From positions 158,636 through 222,635 of the forward strand of contig CAYGLK010000001.1 in the NCBI GenBank assembly GCA_964350985.1: 64,000 nt of DNA, read 5' to 3'. Within the stretch, counting starts at the first letter, position 1; the number at the start of each line of letters is the position of its first letter. This stretch comes from an uncultured Candidatus Saccharibacteria bacterium (lineage in GTDB: Bacteria > Patescibacteriota > Minisyncoccia > Phycocordibacterales > UBA918). Positions 10,031 to 16,663 of this stretch are shown in pieces. The translations under genes and the position numbers were made by a program. The notes under the pieces were generated by a model that did not search any database, was not told the origin of the DNA, and saw nothing but the letters and a program-made list of their open reading frames with translations.

Positions 10031-10069
10031 GCTCCGCTGGGTGAGGGAAGTTCGAACTTTAGTATAAAA
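10031..10069 (+). repeat. Array junction GCTCC-N15-TTCGAAC
   Basis: 37/39 identical to 12306-12344. Confidence 0.9.
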
Positions 10070-10119
10070 AGAAACCGCTCGTGAAGACGCGGTGTCTTAC
10101 GAACGGTTTTGCAGACTCT

Positions 10120-10389
10120 TTAGAACATCTGATACGGCACTGCATTTCCTGGAATTCGAGTGAGAATCATTCCGCAGCCATATCGACCTTTAATGGTCGG
10201 CACAACAATGCGAGAACTGATCTGTCTCTTTCCCAGTCCGATGACTTGGTAGCTGGCTGCAGATACTGGGAAAACGGTTGCTATTCCCAGGATTACCAGC
10301 CCTCCTTTTGGAAGTCGTTCTTGCGCAACCGCTCCTGATTGGTACCACTTGCGCCAAAAACGGCGATCAGTTTTTTTGCTCTGGTTCAT
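10120..10389 (-). CDS. Small hypothetical cassette protein
   Basis: 89 aa; GGGAG SD; TTGACA-17-TATTGT promoter at 10417-10445; hairpin plus T-tract at 10062-10094. Confidence 0.65.
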   Translation of the reverse strand: MNQSKKTDRRFWRKWYQSGAVAQERLPKGGLVILGIATVFPVSAASYQVIGLGKRQISSRIVVPTIKGRYGCGMILTRIPGNAVPYQMF

Positions 10390-10485
10390 GACACATTCTC
10401 CCTTTGGACAAATTTAACAATAGCACAATAAATGTATTATGTCAATATTTGTCCCGCTGAGTCAGGGGAAATGACGACAAGTTTT

Positions 10486-10552
10486 GTATAAAAAACCGCC
10501 GCACCGTGGGGAAGTCAGGACAGTTGTCCTTTCTTCCACTAGGTGTGGCGGC
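10486..10552 (-). terminator. Long hairpin plus T-tract after the 10626 ORF (shared cassette 3' hairpin)
   Basis: ccgccgcacc..ggaag..ggaca/tgtcc..cttcc..ggtgtggcgg; homologous to 7348-7418. Confidence 0.7.
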
Positions 10553-10625
10553 ATGTGTCAGGAACTGCCGGACAGCCCCAGATAGAGCATTTTGTCATTA
10601 GCAGCTGCGGTACATCATCTCACAA

Positions 10626-11225
10626 CTAATCCTCGTCGCCGATTTCGGATTTGATGTTGATCGTAATGACGTGCGGGGCAGTCTGCTGTCCTGAAAGGAA
10701 CAAGAGCCAAGAAAGACCGACGAGCTGTTGCTTGGTGTGTTCAACCCCCAGCAAATCAAGAGCAAGCGACAGTTGATCAGGTGAGTAATTAACCTCACCA
10801 TTTCTGATTATCCCTGCGATCGCCGGGAAGAGAGGACCGTTTTTGAAGCCGTCAACATCGCCCTGATTCAAGTGATGCCGCAACTGTTCCTCCCTGGGTA
10901 CAGCAGCGTATTCCGCTGCCGCATCTTGAGCACCACCTCGCTCATGAGTGATCTCTTCACTGTACCAAGGAGGTACGTCTCCGTCGCAGTCGACCAAGAC
11001 ATTGTCTTTATGGCTCCAAATGAATGGATTACATCTCACGTCCGGCGCGGAAATCGGAAGTTCAGTCGATGGAAATGACAAAAAGACTTCACCTTGGTCG
11101 CCGACACGGAGTACTGTGACTTGAAACATCGTTGCTTCGTCTGCACTCGGATCTGGCTTGAAAGGTACAATCAGCAGATCACCTGCTGAAAGTGAGGTGA
11201 ACAACTTTTTTGGGCTCGTTGGCAT
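10626..11225 (-). CDS. Hypothetical cassette protein (GC-rich)
   Basis: 199 aa; GAGG SD; TTGACA-17-TATAAA promoter at 11290-11318. Confidence 0.7.
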   Translation of the reverse strand: MPTSPKKLFTSLSAGDLLIVPFKPDPSADEATMFQVTVLRVGDQGEVFLSFPSTELPISAPDVRCNPFIWSHKDNVLVDCDGDVPPWYSEEITHERGGAQDAAAEYAAVPREEQLRHHLNQGDVDGFKNGPLFPAIAGIIRNGEVNYSPDQLSLALDLLGVEHTKQQLVGLSWLLFLSGQQTAPHVITINIKSEIGDED

Positions 11226-11345
11226 CAGATTTTCCTCTAGTTGTGGCTGAGATGGCTTTGATTACGTGCACCATAAGGAGCACTTTGTTTTTATACTATA
11301 ATTTATATCTAATGTCAATTTAACATTGTAATGTCTAAACACATC

Positions 11346-11511
11346 TGTCACTTTCTCCATTGGAGCACAGAAAAATCCCCAAGAGGGGATTTGTTCAATG
11401 CTCCCTCAACTGGACGCATTCAGAACCTCAAACTGGAGGCGAATACAACAAGAATTGGAAATGAGTGGAATTTTAGGACAGTTTGAAAATGTTCAACTTC
11501 AGAACTCGTAA
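11346..11511 (+). repeat. Array junction: palindromic spacer + GCTCC + coding tail
   Basis: 41 bp 11364-11404 identical to 14649-14689; tail MLPQLDAFRTSNWRRIQQELEMSGILGQFENVQLQNS*. Confidence 0.85.
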
Positions 11512-11588
11512 TTGGAGGAAAGCTCAAATGTAATAAAATTCACTGAATTAATTCTGTAATCTATAGTGGCAAATGCTATTATTTAACT

Positions 11589-12278
11589 ATGAAACTAGAG
11601 CAACTATTACCCAAGAAAGAAACAGCGGAAAAACTTTCGGTAGATTTAGAAACAGTTCTGGATGATCTTGAGGGATTGGATGCAGAAGATTTAATAAATG
11701 CACCCCGTGAATATATTCTCAAAGGAAAAATACTAGCTAGACAGCTCAAACAGATTAGAACACTCGGGGTAGAATTTACAGTCTCTGGAGAAAAGGATCG
11801 TTTAGTTTTATCTACAGGTTCAGTCGGTTGTACTGAGCCTGACCCCAGAGCGTATATACAAGCTCTGATAGACGATAATAAAGAGTTCCCATCGGTTACA
11901 GAAAGAATTCAAACATCTCCACTCAGTATGCATTCACACGACTCTGAGATTGGGGTTGTTCCAAGTATTCCAGATATCATTGCCCTGAGAAACGCTGTAA
12001 ATTCTGCAAGTCTACTTTTTACCAGCGAGGGAATACTGTCATACTCTTGGAATAAAGATTTTGATGTGGAGCAAAAGTTCTTGTCTTTTTTAGAGATAAA
12101 ATACCCAGTTGAAAATATTTTTGACGTCGATACGTTTTATGAACTAGACAAACCAAGACAGATAGAACTCCTTTCTGACTTTTACAATAATTTTGACGTA
12201 CTCATCAAAAAAGCGACTTGGGATGAAGAAGAAAAGTGCCAAGCTATATTAGATCAATATTTTAGTCAGAATAGCTAA
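11589..12278 (+). CDS. Hypothetical protein with a JAB/MPN-like metal motif
   Basis: SMHSHDSEIGVVPSIPDI resembles HxH-x(7-8)-SxxD. Confidence 0.6.
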   Translation: MKLEQLLPKKETAEKLSVDLETVLDDLEGLDAEDLINAPREYILKGKILARQLKQIRTLGVEFTVSGEKDRLVLSTGSVGCTEPDPRAYIQALIDDNKEFPSVTERIQTSPLSMHSHDSEIGVVPSIPDIIALRNAVNSASLLFTSEGILSYSWNKDFDVEQKFLSFLEIKYPVENIFDVDTFYELDKPRQIELLSDFYNNFDVLIKKATWDEEEKCQAILDQYFSQNS

Positions 12279-12305
12279 AGTAACACTTTACAATTCTTTA
12301 CAAAA

Positions 12306-12344
12306 GCTCCGCTGGGTGAGGGATGTTCGAACTTTAGTGTAAAA
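12306..12344 (+). repeat. Array junction GCTCC-N15-TTCGAAC
   Basis: 37/39 identical to 10031-10069. Confidence 0.9.
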
Positions 12345-12449
12345 TTAGAAAGCAATACATGAAGAATTGGGGTTTATTCGCACTTCAGAATCTGTTTGTA
12401 TACAAGCCACACTAGTCTGATATACTTTAATCATAAATAACATTAAATT

Positions 12450-13388
12450 ATGGAAGAATTTTCAAGATCATCTAAAGAAATGAAATCTAATTATGAGAGG
12501 GCTATGGTCAATTATGGTGATGAAGACTTATCAAAAGATGGAACAATGGAGAAGGACCAAGTCTTTCCAACTGCTTTTATCACATCACGTTGTTTTGCGG
12601 AGCAGACTGATATTCCAAATGCCAAAGAGTTATACGCCTCATTCTGCGATCAAATGGGTTTCGTGAAAGGAGAGAATGAACCAGATCAAATAGATACACC
12701 ACATTTTATGGAACTCAGGTATCTGTCTACTGAAAAAGTATTAAAAGAGGCGGTTAAAAATGAAGGAGTTACTCAGGTTGTTGAATTAGCTTCTGGTTTC
12801 ACTCCACACTCAGTAAATTTACTTACTTCAGTAGAGGGAATTAATAATTACATTGAAAATGACTTTGCTGTTAATCTTGATGTGAAAAAGAAAGCCGTAA
12901 ATGATTTTGTAGGAGGTATTCCCGTAGCCTTTGTTCCTGGAAATGCAGTGGAACAGGAAACTTGGGAAAAAATCGAAGCTCAGTTAACAGATGAACCAGT
13001 GGCAATATTTTGTGAGGGTTTAATGATGTATCTCTCTCGCGATCAGCAAATAGAGTTTTTTAATAACATCAAAGAAGTACTTAAGAAAAAGGGTGGTTTC
13101 TTTATGCATGAAGATATTCTTAAATACCATCCAGAACTAAAAGAAAATCCAAGATTTGCCAGGATAACAAACAAATTGAAAGCTATAAGTAGTAATACTG
13201 CTTTAGACGAAGCCTTTACTCAAGAAGGAGTGACTCAATTCTATGAAAGTCTCGGTTTTGTTGTTGACCGTGTTCCAGAAGATGTCCCGTTAAGTATTGA
13301 TAGCTACCCTGAACACACTCGAGAGAACGCAAGAGAATTACAGACAGCTGGCTTTCAGATGTGGAAACTAAGTTTGCCTAAGGAGTAA
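12450..13388 (+). CDS. Class I SAM-dependent methyltransferase (leucine carboxyl methyltransferase-like)
   Basis: QVVELASGFTP, YIEND and IFCEGLMMYL motifs. Confidence 0.8.
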   Translation: MEEFSRSSKEMKSNYERAMVNYGDEDLSKDGTMEKDQVFPTAFITSRCFAEQTDIPNAKELYASFCDQMGFVKGENEPDQIDTPHFMELRYLSTEKVLKEAVKNEGVTQVVELASGFTPHSVNLLTSVEGINNYIENDFAVNLDVKKKAVNDFVGGIPVAFVPGNAVEQETWEKIEAQLTDEPVAIFCEGLMMYLSRDQQIEFFNNIKEVLKKKGGFFMHEDILKYHPELKENPRFARITNKLKAISSNTALDEAFTQEGVTQFYESLGFVVDRVPEDVPLSIDSYPEHTRENARELQTAGFQMWKLSLPKE

Positions 13389-14090
13389 TTCAGCTATTGC
13401 CTCAGGGTTGGAAAACATAGCCTCATGATCTGCATCAATTGTCATTATTTCTGCAGCGTTTGGTAAAAGAGAAATTATTTCATCAAAGGTTTCTTTTTGT
13501 AATGAGATATCATTTTGACACTTTACATAAATAACTGGAACTTTTGTTTGCTGGAAAGAATCAAGTACAACTATCTCCTCGTAGGGTTTAATTGGTTGAG
13601 GTTCAAGTTTAGATAAGAAGTCATTTAATTCATCAGAGTCCGGGCTGCTGTTAAATAAACCTTGTCTTATTTTCTCTATGTTTGGAGGAATTGATTTGTC
13701 AGCACGATTGGACGCAATTTGTCTGTATTTTTCTTGAACTTCGGAAGGAAGGAGTGAGGAAAAGGCTTTATTTTTTAAGATAACCGAAGTGAGAAAAAAC
13801 GCCTTGTTTATCTTTTCTGGTATTTTTTCAATTACTTTAGAAATAGTTATTCCACCTAGGCTATGACTTACTAATACAATATCATTCAATTTATTTGAAT
13901 TTATATAATCTATTACATAGTTTATATAATCATCTATACAAACATCTTCTTTTTTAATTGAGTCATTCAATCCGTTTCCTGGTAAATCCAGAGTATGGCA
14001 AATGAATTTGTCATTTGGTATCAAATTTATTACCTCATTCCAACACCATCCAGCATGATACGCACCGTGGACGAAAAGTATATTTTGCAT
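13368..14090 (-). CDS. Alpha/beta hydrolase (esterase)
   Basis: VHGAYHAGWCW, DLPG, SHSLGG nucleophile elbow, C-terminal D and H. Confidence 0.9.
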   Translation of the reverse strand: MQNILFVHGAYHAGWCWNEVINLIPNDKFICHTLDLPGNGLNDSIKKEDVCIDDYINYVIDYINSNKLNDIVLVSHSLGGITISKVIEKIPEKINKAFFLTSVILKNKAFSSLLPSEVQEKYRQIASNRADKSIPPNIEKIRQGLFNSSPDSDELNDFLSKLEPQPIKPYEEIVVLDSFQQTKVPVIYVKCQNDISLQKETFDEIISLLPNAAEIMTIDADHEAMFSNPEAIAELLLRQT

Positions 14091-14126
14091 AAATATAATT
14101 ATATCAAAAGTTTTATGTTCTGTTTT

Positions 14127-14200
14127 AGTAACAAAAAATAACCTTGTTTTGCAAGGTTATTTTTGTTGCTCCGTCATGGGATGAAGTTCGAACTTTAATA
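14127..14200 (+). repeat. Array junction: palindromic spacer + GCTCC + GAAGTTCGAACT
   Basis: Hairpin aacaaaaaataaccttg/caaggttatttttgtt ends at GCTCC 14168; tail WDEVRTLI*. Confidence 0.8.
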
Positions 14201-14253
14201 TAAAAAGACCGCCCAAAGGAAGTCTTCCCTTAAGCGGTTGATTGTGAGAAGAG

Positions 14254-14376
14254 CTAGCCATCATCGTCGTCGTCATTCCACAGAAGAGAAAGAGCGACAC
14301 CAATAGCCACTCCGACAGTGATATTGTCCATTGCAACCCCGATGGCTATGCCTACAGCTAATCCTAAGGGATTCAT
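14254..14376 (-). CDS. 40-aa glycine-zipper membrane microprotein
   Basis: MNPLGLAVGIAIGVAMDNITVGVAIGVALSLLWNDDDDDG*; GGAGG SD, TTGACA-17-TATATT promoter and downstream hairpin. Below the ORF-track cutoff. Confidence 0.75.
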   Translation of the reverse strand: MNPLGLAVGIAIGVAMDNITVGVAIGVALSLLWNDDDDDG

Positions 14377-14441
14377 TCCAGACCTCCATAACTTTTCTTG
14401 ACTACTCAAAATATATCATATTATTGTCATATTGTCAATTT

Positions 14442-14772
14442 GCTCCGGCAGTAAGCAAAGCTTTCTATCCTACACTCACAAGAACTAAGTAAAAGTGAAC
14501 TTTGACTTAGCTTGTTCGTTTGAATAGTAGGAATTTCTCTTGTTACACAAGCAGTACACCTTTTGGATTTTCTTTTCGTAAACTCAAGAAAATACTCAAA
14601 AGCTTTTCGAATCCTAACGAAAGTGACTTATGTCACTTTCTCCGCCGAAGCACAGAAAAATCCCCAAGAGGGGATTTGTTCAATGCTCCGCGTGCTGGAC
14701 GAGTTTCGAACCTTGGATTGGTTAAATATTGAAAACGATTTGAGGTATTTTGATATTGCTCTAACGAAATGA
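14442..14772. mobile_element. Structured non-coding element bounded by inverted tRNA-Asn 3'-end copies, plus junction tail
   Basis: GCTCCGGCAGTA ... hairpins ... TTCGAATCCTA[hairpin]CCGCCGAAGCA-palindrome-TGCTCC, then MLRVLDEFRTLDWLNIENDLRYF. Confidence 0.6.
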
Positions 14773-14798
14773 GACCCTGCGGTGTATTGCAGGGTCTC
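14771..14798 (-). terminator. GC-rich hairpin after the 14824 ORF
   Basis: gagaccctgc/gcagggtctc 10-bp stem. Confidence 0.55.
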
Positions 14799-14823
14799 GT
14801 GTCGGTCTTACCGACGGGGTTAT

Positions 14824-15405
14824 TCAGGCATATGGACGGCGCAGTGGGTTTTGTCCCAACGGAGCACGAAGGTGTTCAGGGACTTCATTACCGAACAGCT
14901 CGCGATACTCCATTGGAGCAAGGCCGTAACGCCGCACAATGTCAGCGAAGACCCGCAGACCTACCTCGCTGTCGATGTGATACGACGTGACGAAAGGCTT
15001 GCCTTCGCTGGAGGGATCATCGACGAACCTGTTGCCTTGAGACTCTAGCAAGTTGACGAGGCTTTCGTCCGTCGGGCGCTCTGAATTGGCATACAAGACA
15101 TGGCCTTGGTCATCAAGACGCGTGATCCACTCTTCGGGGGGCAGGCAACCGCAGTGGCCAGCGACCCGAATGTCGGTTTTGCCAACAGGGTCGGCGTAGA
15201 GTGCCCGTGCGATTTCGAGTGGTACGCGACAGTTGACGACCCAGTAGCACCAGCCACGCTTGAAGGTCATATCGCCTAGCTTGCCGATGACCGAGTAGGG
15301 CACTTCTGTATTACCCCTCTTGATGTCCACGGCGTCGATGTAACTGCGAGCAAGCTCGCGTCGGATATCTTCGTCGCAGGTTGCGACACCAGCCAGGTTC
15401 TTCAT
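14824..15405 (-). CDS. Hypothetical cassette protein (markedly GC-rich, foreign-looking)
   Basis: 193 aa; GAGG SD; TTGACA upstream; motifs GWCYWV, RVAGHCGC, YHIDS. Confidence 0.8.
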   Translation of the reverse strand: MKNLAGVATCDEDIRRELARSYIDAVDIKRGNTEVPYSVIGKLGDMTFKRGWCYWVVNCRVPLEIARALYADPVGKTDIRVAGHCGCLPPEEWITRLDDQGHVLYANSERPTDESLVNLLESQGNRFVDDPSSEGKPFVTSYHIDSEVGLRVFADIVRRYGLAPMEYRELFGNEVPEHLRAPLGQNPLRRPYA

Positions 15406-15477
15406 GGTGCAGTCCTCTCTGTGGTGAACGGAAAATCAAACCAAATAATTCACTATTTATAGTGTATTGTCAATAGT

Positions 15478-15822
15478 GCTCCGCAGGTGGGAATTTCGGT
15501 CACGAGTTACTAAGCTTTTTATTTCACTTAGCTCATAAAAATCTAAGTACTCTCGACCCCGGCTCATTCGCCTACGGCATCATTCCGCCTTTCGAATCCT
15601 AACGAACGTGACGTTTAGTCACGTTCTCCGCCGGAGCATATAAAAGCAAAGACCACACTTGCGTGTGGCCTAACTTTTATATGCTCCCTAAGCTGGACGG
15701 GTTCAGAACTCTTGGTGCAGGAATTTAGACGAGCAAATTGGTCACTAATTCAGAAAGAATTGGATCGGAGTGGGATTTTGTATTTTTATCAAAGTCAGGT
15801 ACTTCAGAACTATATTGTATAA
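15478..15822. mobile_element. Second structured element bounded by inverted tRNA-Asn 3'-end copies, plus two junction tails
   Basis: GCTCCGCAGG ... TTCGAATCCTA[gaacgtgac/gtcacgttc]CCGCCGGAGCATATAAAAG...CTTTTATATGCTCC; tails MLPKLDGFRT and EFRRANWSLIQKELDRSGIL. Confidence 0.6.
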
Positions 15823-15879
15823 AAGAAAGAGGCCCGTTGATGTTATCGCAGGGCCCCGTGACGGCAATACCGTCGGGCG

Positions 15880-16104
15880 TCAGAAGCTGATGATCTCGCC
15901 CTGCGGACCCCAAACCATTCCCATGGTCATGGTCATCGTCATGCCATGACTGGTGTGACTGGTCGATGTCAGAGCGGCGGCCGCACCATTGAAGCCTGCT
16001 TCAGTGAGGCGACGACGGATCTCGTCATGAGACCCTCCCTTGCACTTCTTGGCAAGATCGGTCGCTTCGTCCTTGGTGAGTTTGTGAAAGGGCTTATCGG
16101 CCAT
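15880..16104 (-). CDS. Small hypothetical cassette protein (tRNA-proximal)
   Basis: Likely start MADKPF at 16104 with GGAG SD; TTGACA-17-TATAGT promoter at 16143-16171; downstream hairpin plus T-tract. Confidence 0.7.
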   Translation of the reverse strand: MADKPFHKLTKDEATDLAKKCKGGSHDEIRRRLTEAGFNGAAAALTSTSHTSHGMTMTMTMGMVWGPQGEIISF

Positions 16105-16177
16105 TCGTGTTCTCCGAGTTAATGGGTGAAATGACAATACCTACTATATCATATATAGTAGGTATTGTCAATATAAA

Positions 16178-16292
16178 GCTCCGGCGGTAGGATTCGAACC
16201 TACTTGGACAAACGAAAAAGGACCTGAAAGTTTATTTTCAAGTCACTTTTGAGTGCAGTTCAAGAAAGCTATGCTTACGACCAACTCGTTAA
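16178..16292 (-). pseudogene. Interrupted copy of the tRNA-Asn 3' half
   Basis: 16178-16203 = 16309-16334 (26 bp) and 16276-16292 = 16332-16348 (17 bp), separated by a 72-bp imperfect hairpin. Confidence 0.85.
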
Positions 16293-16309
16293 GGGGAATC
16301 ATTTTTGGG

Positions 16310-16381
16310 CTCCGGCGGTAGGATTCGAACCTACGACCAACTCGTTAACAGCGAGCTGCTCTACCGCTGAGCTACGCCGGA
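16310..16381 (-). tRNA. tRNA-Asn(GTT), CCA not encoded
   Basis: TCCGGCG TAGCTCAGCGGTAGAGC A GCTCG CTGTTAA CGAGT TGGTC GTAGG TTCGAAT CCTAC CGCCGGA G: full cloverleaf. Confidence 0.97.
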
Positions 16382-16408
16382 GCCCAAAAATTATTCATTA
16401 TTTAAATT

Positions 16409-16520
16409 TTAACAGCTCACCTTCTTACAGAAGCTGTTCAGGTTGTCGCCATTGTCATGGCTGGCAACCTCTTGCGAAAGCCTACAAGGCTTTCTCACTC
16501 CACCGCTCCGCTACGCCGGA
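16409..16520 (-). pseudogene. Degenerate, interrupted copy of the tRNA-Asn 5' half
   Basis: 16498-16520 matches 16359-16381 at 20/23; TTAACAGC at 16409 matches the anticodon arm; hairpin-rich insert between them. Confidence 0.65.
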
Positions 16521-16559
16521 AAATGCTCATGTTTAGCTATTCTTTAGCTGAACGTCACC

Positions 16560-16587
16560 ATTGTACAGAAAAGTAATGATTATTCAA
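16560..16587 (-). promoter_or_regulatory. Putative sigma70 promoter for the tRNA locus
   Basis: TTGAAT-16-TACAAT on the minus strand. Confidence 0.5.
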
Positions 16588-16663
16588 CTATTACTGTAAT
16601 CCACAGGTGAGGGAATCAGTAAAACGTAGTATAATGAAATTATTAAAAGGTTAAATGTATTAT

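Noticed and set aside
14520-15257. Short ORFs 14520, 14563, 14769, 14782 and 15045
   Set aside because: They overlap the structured element or shadow the GC-rich 14824-15405 gene; only the tail of 14563 is meaningful, as a junction peptide.
7326-16203. Junction repeats as a CRISPR array
   Set aside because: Spacing is 0.2-2 kb and irregular, spacers are whole genes, repeats are degenerate, and no cas genes are present.
5114-16520. Classical integron or prophage
   Set aside because: No IntI or other recombinase, no clear RYYYAAC...GTTRRRY attC boxes and no phage structural genes; cassettes carry their own promoters.
16178-16520. Outer tRNA copy as a functional intron-containing tRNA
   Set aside because: D-stem is mutated, part of the anticodon stem is missing, and inserts are too short for group I introns; treated as a pseudogene.
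16249-16536. 95-aa ORF on +
   Set aside because: Antisense read-through of the tRNA-Asn gene (APAVGFEPTT...), a typical spurious ORF.
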